Source: an uncultured Acidobacteriota bacterium (lineage in GTDB: Bacteria; Acidobacteriota; Vicinamibacteria; Vicinamibacterales; JAKQTR01). From it: DNA of 64,000 nt. Below, in pieces: positions 10,247 through 19,712 of the stretch. The notes under the pieces were generated by a model that saw only the letters and a program-made list of their open reading frames with translations, had not been told where the DNA came from and searched no databases. The translations under genes were made by a program, and so were the position numbers. Where the stretch lies: positions 858,224 to 922,223 of the forward strand of contig CAWJJY010000007.1 in NCBI GenBank assembly GCA_963843385.1. Reading direction: 5' to 3'. Positions within the stretch are counted from its first letter, which is position 1, and each line of letters begins with the position of its first letter.

Positions 10247-11131
10247 GTGTTCCAAGCCACTCCGTTGAGCCGTCGGAAACGATACAGCGAGGGCGTCGCT
10301 CAGACGATCCTGCTCGCGATGACGTTGACGATGGTGCTGCCGCTCATCCTCATCGTGGGGTACCTCTTTTACCAGGCGTGGCCGGTCCTGTCGCTGGACT
10401 TCCTCTTCACGGTCCCCAAACACGGAATGCGGGCGGGCGGCATCTGGTCTCCATTGCTGGGCACGTTGTATCTCGTTGTCCTCTCACTGCTCATCGCCAC
10501 GCCGATCGGCGTGCTGGCGGCGATATTCCTCAACGAGTACGCCCGCGAGAGCTGGTTCACACGCGTCATCAACCTCGCCGTCGTCAATCTGGCGGGCGTG
10601 CCGAGCATCGTCCACGCGCTGTTTGGCCTCGGCGCATTCGTGCTGTTCGCCCACCTGGGCAAGTCCATTCTCGCCGCGTCGCTGACCCTGGCGATCATGA
10701 CCTTACCGGTGATTATTGCGAGCACGAAGGAAGCGCTTGCGTCGGTGCCGATGGCGTTTCGTGAGGCCTGCTGGAATGTCGGTGCCACCCGGTGGCAGAC
10801 GATTCGGCACGTGGTACTGCCCAACTCCATTAGCGGCATTCTCACGGGTGTGATCCTGCAGGTGTCGCGCGCCGCAGGGGAGACCGCGCCTATCATGTTC
10901 ACCGGCGCCGTGTTCTTCAAGGCCATCCCGGAAGGCAAGCTGTTCGCGTACGGGCTGTTCGACCAGTGCATGGCGCTCTCCATGCATCTCTTCACGATTT
11001 CGACCCAGGTGCCGGACCTGCCCAAGGCGCTCCCGTACGGGACCGCCGTCGTGCTGCTCGGCGTGGTTCTGCTCGTCAATGCCATGGCGATTGTGCTGCG
11101 CGTCTACCTTCGCGCACGGAAGAAATGGTGA
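10247..11131 (+). CDS. pstA: phosphate ABC transporter permease PstA
   Basis: NLAGVPSIV, RAAGETAP. Confidence 0.95.
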   Translation: MFQATPLSRRKRYSEGVAQTILLAMTLTMVLPLILIVGYLFYQAWPVLSLDFLFTVPKHGMRAGGIWSPLLGTLYLVVLSLLIATPIGVLAAIFLNEYARESWFTRVINLAVVNLAGVPSIVHALFGLGAFVLFAHLGKSILAASLTLAIMTLPVIIASTKEALASVPMAFREACWNVGATRWQTIRHVVLPNSISGILTGVILQVSRAAGETAPIMFTGAVFFKAIPEGKLFAYGLFDQCMALSMHLFTISTQVPDLPKALPYGTAVVLLGVVLLVNAMAIVLRVYLRARKKW

Positions 11132-11889
11132 TGTCCGACGGTAAGGTCGAGTTCGTGGATCTGCGGGTCCGATACGGACGCCGGGAGGCGCTGAAGGGCG
11201 TGACCTTCAACGTTCGCCATCACGAGATTCTGGGCATCATCGGACCGGCGCAGTCAGGCAAGACCACGTTGCTGAGGACCATCAACCGCACCATTGACAA
11301 CGTGCCCGGCGCGGTGGTGGCTGGCAGCGTTCGTGTCGACGGCGAGGATGTGCGTCAGACCAGGGACCTTTTCGGCCTCAGACGGAAGATCGGCATGGTC
11401 GCGCCCCTGCCGGTCGGGCTGCCCCTCTCGATCTTCGACAACGTGTCGTTCGCCCCACGCATGGCCGGCATTCGCGACCGAGCCGAGCTTGAACGCCGGG
11501 TCGAGCGCTGTCTGCGCCAGGCGGCGCTGTGGGATGAAGTGAAAGACCGTCTCACCAGCCTCGGCACCAAGCTCTCGGGCGGCCAGCAACAGCGGCTGAC
11601 CATTGCCCGCGCACTGTCGCACGATCCCGAAGTTCTGTGCCTGGATGAGTTCTCGATTGCCATCGACCCGGTAACCACGATGCGCATCGAGGACGTCCTG
11701 AGAAACCTTCGGTCGACCATGACAATCATCCTCGTGACGAACCTCGTCCAGCAGGCGCGCCGGCTGGCGGATCGCACCGCATTCCTGTTCAACGGTGAGC
11801 TGGTGGAGATCGACGCAACCGAGACGGTGTTCTCCGAGAAGCCTGCCAGTCAGAAGACCTATGACTACGTGAACGGGATATTCGGATGA
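11131..11889 (+). CDS. pstB: phosphate ABC transporter ATPase, copy 1 (Q-loop and H-switch degenerate)
   Basis: GPAQSGKTT, LSGGQQQR, LCLDEF, C-terminal YVNGIFG. Confidence 0.88.
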   Translation: MSDGKVEFVDLRVRYGRREALKGVTFNVRHHEILGIIGPAQSGKTTLLRTINRTIDNVPGAVVAGSVRVDGEDVRQTRDLFGLRRKIGMVAPLPVGLPLSIFDNVSFAPRMAGIRDRAELERRVERCLRQAALWDEVKDRLTSLGTKLSGGQQQRLTIARALSHDPEVLCLDEFSIAIDPVTTMRIEDVLRNLRSTMTIILVTNLVQQARRLADRTAFLFNGELVEIDATETVFSEKPASQKTYDYVNGIFG

Positions 11890-12668
11890 GCCCGATTACG
11901 ACCACCGACTTGTGCATCGTGACAAGGGGTCTCAGCCTCTGGTATGGCGACTTCCAGGCCCTGAAAGACGTCGAGCTCGGCGTCCGACACGGTCAGATTC
12001 AGGCGTTGATCGGACCGTCAGGCTGCGGCAAGACGACACTGCTCAGGTGCTTCAACCGCATTAACGAGCGATACGGGTACGTGAGAACGACCGGCGAGAT
12101 TGCGGTCCTCGGCCAGAACATCTACGCTGCGGACGTCTCTCTCATCGAGTTGCGCAAGGCCGTCGGCATGGTGTTTCAGCGCCCCAACCCTCTTCCGATT
12201 TCGGTGTATGAGAACGTGGTCTTCGGCCTGCGCATTCACAGCGGATTTGGCGGGCTCAAGAAGTCCCATCTGGACGAAGCCGTCGAAAAGGCGTTGACCG
12301 AGGTGTCGCTCTGGAAGGACCTCAAAGACCGCCTGCACACCCGGGCGACCTCGCTCCAGCTCGAACAGCAGCAGAAGCTCTGCATCGCGCGCCTGCTCCC
12401 GCTGAAGCCTGAAGTGATCCTGATGGACGAGCCCTGCTCGGCGCTGGACGTCGAGGCGACGCTCGGCATCGAGGAGTTGATGCGGACGCTGGCGGGCCGC
12501 TACACGATCCTCATCGTGACCCACAACATGGCCCAGGCCAGGCGCGTCAGCCAGGAATGCGCGTTCATGCTGATGGGCGAACTGGTCGAACACGCGCGCA
12601 CCGAAGAGCTGTTCCTCACGCCGCGCGACGAGCGGACCGCAGACTACATCGAGGGCCGGTACGGATAG
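11886..12668 (+). CDS. pstB: phosphate ABC transporter ATPase, copy 2 (signature degenerate)
   Basis: GPSGCGKTT, MVFQRPNP, LMDEPCSALD, VTHNM, YIEGRYG; LQLEQQQ in place of LSGGQQQ. Confidence 0.9.
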   Translation: MSPITTTDLCIVTRGLSLWYGDFQALKDVELGVRHGQIQALIGPSGCGKTTLLRCFNRINERYGYVRTTGEIAVLGQNIYAADVSLIELRKAVGMVFQRPNPLPISVYENVVFGLRIHSGFGGLKKSHLDEAVEKALTEVSLWKDLKDRLHTRATSLQLEQQQKLCIARLLPLKPEVILMDEPCSALDVEATLGIEELMRTLAGRYTILIVTHNMAQARRVSQECAFMLMGELVEHARTEELFLTPRDERTADYIEGRYG

Positions 12669-12918
12669 GACGCGGCCGGCCGTCACGGTCTTGCCTGGAC
12701 GCGACCTGTCTGCAACACGCCGGCACAACCAGAATGGTCTACTGATACCGCCCGCGAGACAGCGCCCTTTCGGCCAGGCATAAGGGGTGCTCTGGCCGAC
12801 CGGACGCTGCCGGCGGGCAATCCCTCCTCCCAGGCTCCCGTTGGGCCGGCACAACGGTGCTGCCGAACAAGTCGTTACAACCAATTAGCATCCTGCTGTC
12901 ATTGCCGAAACGCCGGAG

Positions 12919-13779
12919 TTGTTTCATGAAGGCATGAAGAACTTCGCGCTCCTACGGACGGCATTGCGTTCAGACAGCACGATTGCCTACGCATCAGACC
13001 GCATTCCGTACCAGCTTCACATCTACACCCAAAACGCCTTCGGCGTGCCCTTTACCCGACGGCCACGACGATTTCGAGCACTCGCGCATCTGATCCGCAA
13101 CCTGGCGCCGGACGTGGTATTCCTGCAGGAGGTGCTCTTCGCCGGGGATGAGAGCTACTTCGAGATCGACGGTTACCACGCAGCCTACGCTCCACACGGG
13201 ATATTCAACCAGGGCGGCCTCCTCACCCTATGCCGGGTGCCCCTGACCAGGGTCCAGTTCCACCCGTTTCGCGCGCAAGGGGCGTGGCACAACTTCCAGC
13301 TCTCGGACCGTCTCCTTGGAAAGGGCTGGCTCGAGGCCGAGGCGCCGGAGTGGGGTATCACGCTCGTCAATACCCACCTCGTGTCGACATACCAGGAGTC
13401 CGCTGGATTCGTCCACGACACCGAGCAGGAATCTCAACTGGATCAAGTGTTGGGCAGGGTGGGGCAACTGGGTCCGTCGGTCCTGGCCGGAGACTTCAAC
13501 TTCACCGAGGGGACGCCATTTCATCGCATGGCACTCGACCGCGTCGAGGACGTCGCGAGGGGCCTCCACCCGTCGAGCCTCGGCCGCCTTCTACCCAAGC
13601 TCGACCACGTCTTCGTGCGCCGTCTGGGCTGGCAGGAAGCCCGGGCCAGGAGGGTGCCCCCCGGTACGCTGGCCGATCTTCGGGACGCGGTGTCTGTGTC
13701 TGATCACGCGGGCGTGTCGGTGGAACTCGAATTGGCGTGGCAGAGCTGGGCTCCTCCGGCCCAGGACTCGCCAAATTGA
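12919..13779 (+). CDS. endonuclease/exonuclease/phosphatase (EEP) family protein
   Basis: TQN, PDVVFLQEV, NTHL, AGDFN, LDHVF, SDH motifs; start uncertain. Confidence 0.85.
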   Translation: MFHEGMKNFALLRTALRSDSTIAYASDRIPYQLHIYTQNAFGVPFTRRPRRFRALAHLIRNLAPDVVFLQEVLFAGDESYFEIDGYHAAYAPHGIFNQGGLLTLCRVPLTRVQFHPFRAQGAWHNFQLSDRLLGKGWLEAEAPEWGITLVNTHLVSTYQESAGFVHDTEQESQLDQVLGRVGQLGPSVLAGDFNFTEGTPFHRMALDRVEDVARGLHPSSLGRLLPKLDHVFVRRLGWQEARARRVPPGTLADLRDAVSVSDHAGVSVELELAWQSWAPPAQDSPN

Positions 13780-13970
13780 GTCGCCTGGCCGGACCAGGAT
13801 AGGTCGGCCTGTGCGATCACAATCCTCGAGCACTTCGTTGTATCCGCTTTCGAAGTAACCCCTGTGGCGCCGGTGGAGTTCGCGTCCACGACGGCGTCGT
13901 CATGACCCGATTAACTCAGAATTGACCCACACGTCACGTCCCCAGCACGTGCGGGCTGCAGGATGTGATC

Positions 13971-15296
13971 ATGGATCTCACACTTCAGAAGACCGTTTTC
14001 GGTCTGTCGAGTTCGATCACCAATCGGTTTCCACGGGTCGGGGCCCGCGCCCTGGATGCGACGATCCGGCCTCTGGTGGCCAACCGGTGGCTCGATGCCC
14101 GCTTCCGCCGGCGCAATCGGGCCGTGCTGAACAAGGTCGGCCAACCACGCAGCATTGTCGTGCTGTCCGATGTCCATCTGGGTGATGCCCTGAATTCGCA
14201 GGGGTTGGTCGCGGCGGTTCGCGACTTCTTCCCTGAAGCCCGGATCCACTACGTGGTCTCGCGCGCCGCCCGGCCGTTCATCGAAGGACATCCCGACGTA
14301 TCGCACCTCTGGCCCGTCTACACGGGATCGCCCTTTCCATCCGAGCGTGACCTGCTGGCGGTGGGCGAGCTGATCTCGAGGACTGGCTGTGACCTGATCG
14401 TGAACGCGTGCCCCTTCTTCGTGCCCGGCCGTCCCCTGCCTAGAGAGCGGCGTGTCCTGGACTTCATCACGCATGCGCCCCGCCTCCTCCGGAACGAGGC
14501 CGACCCGACCGAGCCAAACCACTTCCTGTTCCAGGGCCATAGATTCCTGACGGATTTGTTCATCGAACGATGGCCGCTCCGGCGGTCAGGGGTCGTGCGA
14601 GGCGCTCGCATCTTCCTGGATGACGAAGCCGTAGACTCCGCGGACGCATTCGTCGACTCGCTGCAGGCCGACCGGGACGAGCCGTGGGTGTTGCTTAATC
14701 CAGACGGTGCCTCGCCCTACACACGCCCGCCCGAAGATCTTCTCGCGGCGTTGCTGCGGCGCCTCGTGGAAGGAGGAGCATTCGTCCTGGTAGGGGAGGG
14801 CCACACGGATTCGGGTGTTGGCATACGGCTCAGAGACCGGCTTGCGGGGGTCTTTCTCGACAGAACCCGACTGGTTCCCGCTTCGCTCGCAGCCCCCGCC
14901 TATGCAGCGCTGCTGGACCGGATGGACGCCTTCGTCTCCGGCGACACCGGTCCGCTCCACTGGGGCGCAGCTCGCAAGATCTCTCGCACGGGCAGGCGCT
15001 TCTTCTGGAATCGCACGGCCGTGTTCTCCTTGTTTGGCGCCACCCCGGCCCGTCTGTCGGGCTACGACTCGTCGCAACCGGGATTCCTCCCGGCTTGGCA
15101 GGATGCCCCGTCGGCGGCGTTCCAGTCCCATGCGGAGTGCCTCAATATCACGTGCGTCAACAAGCTGTTCAAGACCTGCCCGACCATCCGATGCTTCGAG
15201 GCATGCTCTCCACTCTCGCTCGCGGATGCGGTCCTCTCCCATCTCGAGGGCACCAGGTCCATCGACGCATCGCGTCCACTCCGCGTACCGGCATGA
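13971..15296 (+). CDS. glycosyltransferase family 9 (heptosyltransferase-like)
   Basis: HLGDAL, FPEARI, VLLNP, FVSGDTGPLHWGAA, LFGAT motifs. Confidence 0.82.
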   Translation: MDLTLQKTVFGLSSSITNRFPRVGARALDATIRPLVANRWLDARFRRRNRAVLNKVGQPRSIVVLSDVHLGDALNSQGLVAAVRDFFPEARIHYVVSRAARPFIEGHPDVSHLWPVYTGSPFPSERDLLAVGELISRTGCDLIVNACPFFVPGRPLPRERRVLDFITHAPRLLRNEADPTEPNHFLFQGHRFLTDLFIERWPLRRSGVVRGARIFLDDEAVDSADAFVDSLQADRDEPWVLLNPDGASPYTRPPEDLLAALLRRLVEGGAFVLVGEGHTDSGVGIRLRDRLAGVFLDRTRLVPASLAAPAYAALLDRMDAFVSGDTGPLHWGAARKISRTGRRFFWNRTAVFSLFGATPARLSGYDSSQPGFLPAWQDAPSAAFQSHAECLNITCVNKLFKTCPTIRCFEACSPLSLADAVLSHLEGTRSIDASRPLRVPA

Positions 15297-15962
15297 GTCA
15301 GCAACTACTGGTCCTTCCGTTTGCGTACGGTCTGGGATTCCTGGCAGCGATCCCCATCGGCGCCTCCCAGGTGGAAGTCGTCAAGCGGGCGCTGGCAGAA
15401 CGGTACCACTCCGCCCTTCTCTCGGCGGCGGGCTCCGTCACCTCGGACATGACCTACGGATTCCTTGCGCTTTTCGGGCTGGCCAGGTTCCTGGACAACC
15501 ACATCTTCCTCGCCGGCTTCCACTGGACGGCCTCCGTCATCTTGTTGGCGCTCGCACGCCTCACGTGGAGGCAATCCGCGGGCGCTCTCGATTCGAGCGG
15601 AAGTGCGGCCTGGCATGGGGGCAGGGCGTGCTACCTCGCGGGAGTCACGATCGGCATTTCCTACCCTCCAATCATGCTGAGCTGGCTGATGGGTGCGGCG
15701 CTACTGAAGGGTTGCGAGTAGTAGATTCCTTTCATCCATACGTGGCGCTTGAACGGATGAAAGTGCTGGGCTTGTACACCCGCAACTTCTGGTCCGAGAC
15801 AATGTACCGCCGGCCGAGGGACACATGGCACACGGTCGTGCCGCCCTCGTCCTGATCGCCTCGGCCTCCATCGATCGTAGCGAGGTGACGCTCGCCATGA
15901 AAGAGGAAGGCGACATCGCAAGCCTCCCACGATGCCCCGGCGCTCGCCACTGTCATGGTTGA
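15293..15962 (+). pseudogene. LysE-family translocator, frameshifted/decayed
   Basis: LysE-like N-terminus (GFLAAIPIGASQVEVVKRAL) stops at 15721; plausible continuation in other frames (GLRVVDSFHPYVAL..., AALVLIASASI). Confidence 0.55.
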
Positions 15963-16368
15963 GTGCCGTACAACCGGAGGCAGCAGCAGGAGGGCCGAGT
16001 TGCGCCCGCCTCACGGCGTGTGAATGACGGAACGTGCCCGTCGACCGGCCGCTGAAGCTCAATCTACGAACGGAGAGCCGTTCGAGGTTTTGCCAGCCGG
16101 CTGGTTCCGCGGCATGTCTCGCACTGAGTTCGCCCCAGGACACACGTGTACAGGTCGACGCGAGCGATCGATCGCGCCGCACGTAGCGGCCGTCATCCGT
16201 AGTCGTCAGAAACCGCACGTCGACCAGCGCCGCGAGCACCGCCTCGCACATGAGCATGTCGAGGGCGTAGAGTCGCTGAACCTGACCCGCAGTCAGGCAG
16301 AGACCTGGTAGTGCCACGTAGTCGCTCCGAATTGTAAGGGCAGCCAGCTGGACCGGTACACTGCTCAC
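15661..16368 (-). CDS. small winged-helix-like hypothetical protein (conserved core about 16160-16368) with long non-conserved read-through tail
   Basis: IRSDYVALPGLCLTAGQVQRLYALD...LAALVDVRFL...DGRYVR resembles a ~70-aa family recalled from Vicinamibacteria genomes. Confidence 0.55.
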   Translation of the reverse strand: MSSVPVQLAALTIRSDYVALPGLCLTAGQVQRLYALDMLMCEAVLAALVDVRFLTTTDDGRYVRRDRSLASTCTRVSWGELSARHAAEPAGWQNLERLSVRRLSFSGRSTGTFRHSHAVRRAQLGPPAAASGCTALNHDSGERRGIVGGLRCRLPLSWRASPRYDRWRPRRSGRGRHDRVPCVPRPAVHCLGPEVAGVQAQHFHPFKRHVWMKGIYYSQPFSSAAPISQLSMIGG

Positions 16369-16462
16369 ATGTCACCCCGCGATCCAGCGTAGTGGCGCAG
16401 GGTGTCGAACGCGTGTCGGGAACGTAAAATGATCGTAACGGATCCGAGGTCCAGGCTCTAGC

Positions 16463-17554
16463 CTACTTCTTCAGATAGGCCTCCGGGCTCGCGACGCGTT
16501 CGGCCACGTAGCCGATCGGTTCACCCTTGCTGATGGGCGGCGTCGCGACGACGTAGAGCACTTCGCCCGCAAACGGGGATCGAATCTGTTCGAGCGTCTT
16601 CCCGAAGAAATCCGTGACCCTCCCGATGAGCGTGCCTTCAGCGACCGTCACCCCGGGCTCGACGGCCGGATAGAACAACCCGGTGAAGCCGCTCGTGAGC
16701 ACCTGGTTTCGTCCCAGCCACACCGGCTGACCGAGCGGTTCCGGACCACCCGCGCGCATCTTGAGGAACCTCATCAGGCCCGCCACCCCGCGCTCAATCC
16801 TCACCACGTCCTCTTCGCTCGTACGTGCCCACCCGCCTGATTCAGCCGTGAACGCCGGCTTGCCCCTGGTGATCGCGGTGTTGGACAGGTAGGTCGACGT
16901 CTTCGGATCCGTCGGGCGCGAGGTATCGATGATGATGTGGTCCATGCCGAATGCGAGCACCATCTCGCGGCCGGCCGCTGCGACTTCAGGCGTGCCCGTC
17001 GTCTCCCAGTAGACGTAGGGCCGCAGCCACTCGTTTCCGTCGCCGCAGTGGATATCCACCAGGTGCGTGGCGCGGTCGATGACCTCGCTTGTCAGCACCC
17101 ACGCGATCCGGTCGGAGAGTGTCCCGTCCTTCTTGCCGGGAAACACCCGGTTGAGATTCTTCCCGTCGGTCGGGCCGTAGTAGATCGTGCGCTTGAGGTA
17201 CGACGGCATGTTGGCGACGTGCACCATGATCACCGTGCCCGACAAGGCCTGCGGATCGATGGCGGTGCGCAGGCGCTGCAGGGCGAGGATCGGCGGGTAC
17301 TCGTGGCCGTGGGTGCCCGCGACGAGCGCAAGGACAGGGCCAGGCCTGGAGCCGTGTACGACCGTGAAGGGGATGACGGTGCCCTCATCACCGGCGCCGG
17401 AGGGCACTTTCAGCTCGCCGGAGACAATTGATCCGGGCGAGACCGTCTTGTCGCCGATCGTGAAAGGCTGCTGCGCCCGGGCTATCTGCGCCGTGCCACC
17501 CACTCCGACCATCAGAACGATCGCGAGAATCCCGACGCGCTGCCACATCGTCAT
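16463..17554 (-). CDS. succinylglutamate desuccinylase/aspartoacylase (M14) family, secreted
   Basis: signal peptide; AGTHGHE, NLNRVFPG, DIHCG, AESG; C-terminal biotinyl-like domain. Confidence 0.9.
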   Translation of the reverse strand: MTMWQRVGILAIVLMVGVGGTAQIARAQQPFTIGDKTVSPGSIVSGELKVPSGAGDEGTVIPFTVVHGSRPGPVLALVAGTHGHEYPPILALQRLRTAIDPQALSGTVIMVHVANMPSYLKRTIYYGPTDGKNLNRVFPGKKDGTLSDRIAWVLTSEVIDRATHLVDIHCGDGNEWLRPYVYWETTGTPEVAAAGREMVLAFGMDHIIIDTSRPTDPKTSTYLSNTAITRGKPAFTAESGGWARTSEEDVVRIERGVAGLMRFLKMRAGGPEPLGQPVWLGRNQVLTSGFTGLFYPAVEPGVTVAEGTLIGRVTDFFGKTLEQIRSPFAGEVLYVVATPPISKGEPIGYVAERVASPEAYLKK

Positions 17555-17775
17555 GACACCCTCCACGGTACGAGGAAAAACGGCGGCCGATTATTGCACG
17601 AAGTTGAGAGGGAGAGGGAGGAGCAGTCGGTGGCAGAAGAGCGGAGGTGTTGTTGATCACGCACGAAACGGCGCGACGCCAACCATCATCCCCGATCCTG
17701 GAACAGGCGACAGACGTCCGTTCCTGGCGCCGCCTGTCGGGGGCTGCAGGCCGCCCGCCGTGAGCCGGTCCGTGA

Positions 17776-19005
17776 TCACCCATCCGCCAGTGCGCGGAGC
17801 GCGCGGCCCTTGACGGCGACGCCGACGACGAGCACCGTCAGCAATGCGCCCGTGATCGAGAGCGTGATCGGTGCCGAGGTGAGATTCGCCACGTAGCCGG
17901 CCATCAGGCTGCCGAGCGGCATCCCGCCGCGAAATGCCATCATGTAGATGCTGACCACGCGGCCGCGCAGCTCGTCGGGGGCGGCCAGCTGCACGAGCGA
18001 CATCAGCAGCGAGAACCCCATCATGAGCACGATGCTCGTCAGGAAGATCAAGACGTAGCTCAGCCACAGCACGCGCGAGGACGCAAAGGCCACCAGCAGC
18101 ACGCCCAGCGACATCTGCACGCCGAGCGCGACCCGATCCATGCGCGGGAATCGCCCGAGCCACGCCACCAGCATGCCTCCCACCACCGCGCCGGCGCCCG
18201 AGAACGCCATCATCCAGCTGTAGCCCTCCACTCCCGCGTGAAACACCTGCTGGGCGAAGACCGGCATCAGCGTCGTGACCGGCGACCCGAGCATGGCGCC
18301 GCCGAAGGCGAGTCCCGTCAGGATGAGCAGCGCGCGTTCGCGCCGCACATACGTCAGCCCGCCGCGCAGTTCGGTGAGGAGCGATCGCCGGATCGGCGGC
18401 GCGACAAACATGATGCGCATCGACAGCAGCGCGACGATGACGAAGAGGAACGAGATGGCGTTCAGGCCGAAGCAGGCGGCCGACCCGAACTCGGCCAGCG
18501 CGACGCCGGCCAGCACCGGGCCGACCATGCGCGCCAGGTTGAACTGAATCGAATTCAGCGCGATCGCATTCGGCACATCGTCCTTGCGCACGAGCGAGGG
18601 CAGCAGCGACTGATACGCCGGTCCGCCAAACGCCTGGGCGGTGCCGGTCATGAACGACAGCGCGAGCACGTGTCCGATGTGGACCGCCTGAGCGTAGACG
18701 AGCGCCGCCAGGGCGAGAGCGGAGCTCATCTGCACGAACTGCGAAATCAGCAGGACTCGCCGCCGATCGACGCGATCGGCCACCACGCCTCCGATGAGCG
18801 TGAAGAGAAGGATCGGCAGCTCGCCGAGAAAGGCGTCGAGGCCCAGGTAGAACGGGGATCCCGTCAGCGTCAGGACGAGCCAGCTCTGGGCGACCTTCTG
18901 CATCCAGGTGCCGATGCTGGACAGGCAGGCGCCGCTCCAGATGACGCGGAAGTCGCGGTAGGTGAAGGCGGTGGTGATGCGCTGGACGGCGTTGGGAACC
19001 TGCAC
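17776..19005 (-). CDS. MFS transporter
   Basis: ~12 TM segments; GGVVADRVDRRR motif A; NLARMVGP; PDELRGRV. Confidence 0.92.
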   Translation of the reverse strand: MQVPNAVQRITTAFTYRDFRVIWSGACLSSIGTWMQKVAQSWLVLTLTGSPFYLGLDAFLGELPILLFTLIGGVVADRVDRRRVLLISQFVQMSSALALAALVYAQAVHIGHVLALSFMTGTAQAFGGPAYQSLLPSLVRKDDVPNAIALNSIQFNLARMVGPVLAGVALAEFGSAACFGLNAISFLFVIVALLSMRIMFVAPPIRRSLLTELRGGLTYVRRERALLILTGLAFGGAMLGSPVTTLMPVFAQQVFHAGVEGYSWMMAFSGAGAVVGGMLVAWLGRFPRMDRVALGVQMSLGVLLVAFASSRVLWLSYVLIFLTSIVLMMGFSLLMSLVQLAAPDELRGRVVSIYMMAFRGGMPLGSLMAGYVANLTSAPITLSITGALLTVLVVGVAVKGRALRALADG

Positions 19006-19054
19006 GGTTCGGCGATCTTATCCCAGCGCGGACATTCCAGGGACCGGGGCCCGC

Positions 19055-19567
19055 CTACCTCGCGACGGGGTAGCCGCGATCAGCCCAGTCGGTGCCGAAG
19101 TTGTTCGGAATCAGCAGTACGCGCAGGTGCGTGAATCCCATTTCCTTCAGGGCCTGGAATGCCGGCCGGAGGTTGGGGCAGTCTCTGAGCGGGCAGCACC
19201 CACAGTAGACGACGAGGTTGGTCGAGCGCGGTAATGCCTGAGCCCAGTTCGTCAGATCGCTGAGCCCTTCGGGCGAGGACGTCGGCCCGTGCAGCACGGC
19301 GCCAGGAATATGGCCCATTCGATACATGAACTCGGGGGCGGTGCAGACGATGACCGGCTTGTCGGCTCCCTGGGCGGCGGCGATCTCCCGGTCGAACGCT
19401 GCGGGCGCGACGGTATTGGTTCCCCAGGGCTCACCCGAAGAGGCCGACCCTGCTCCGCCGTCGGCGCATGCGGTCGATAGCAGCACCAGCGCGGCTGCGG
19501 CCAAGGCGGCCTGCAGGCTGGGCCGCCATCTGACGGGGCTGGAACAAACGGGTCGAGTCCATGCCAT
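19055..19567 (-). CDS. rhodanese-like domain lipoprotein
   Basis: lipobox-like LSTAC; GHIPGA, VVYCGCC, W...GYP. Confidence 0.8.
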   Translation of the reverse strand: MAWTRPVCSSPVRWRPSLQAALAAAALVLLSTACADGGAGSASSGEPWGTNTVAPAAFDREIAAAQGADKPVIVCTAPEFMYRMGHIPGAVLHGPTSSPEGLSDLTNWAQALPRSTNLVVYCGCCPLRDCPNLRPAFQALKEMGFTHLRVLLIPNNFGTDWADRGYPVAR

Positions 19568-19641
19568 CGAGGCTCCTTCGGGCAAAAGCGTCATGCGATC
19601 AGGATGCCGGACTGGCCTCTTTCGTTTCACTCGAATTCCCC

Positions 19642-19670
19642 TTGCGCCCGCCCGCCCAGTGCACTATATT
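19642..19670 (+). promoter_or_regulatory. sigma70-type promoter of imuA operon
   Basis: TTGCGC-17 bp-TATATT. Confidence 0.6.
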
Positions 19671-19677
19671 TCGTATG

Positions 19678-19693
19678 GCGAAGATAAAGCGAA
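19678..19693 (+). promoter_or_regulatory. putative LexA operator (GCGAA-N6-GCGAA)
   Basis: direct repeat between promoter and RBS of imuA; spacing equals the GAAC-N7-GAAC type LexA box. Confidence 0.55.
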
Positions 19694-19712
19694 ACACATC
19701 AGGAGGCCAATC

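Noticed and set aside
12669..12918. GCCGGCACAAC direct repeat and attC-like GCCGAACAAG segment
   Set aside because: Short, with no complementary attC right arm and no integron integrase.
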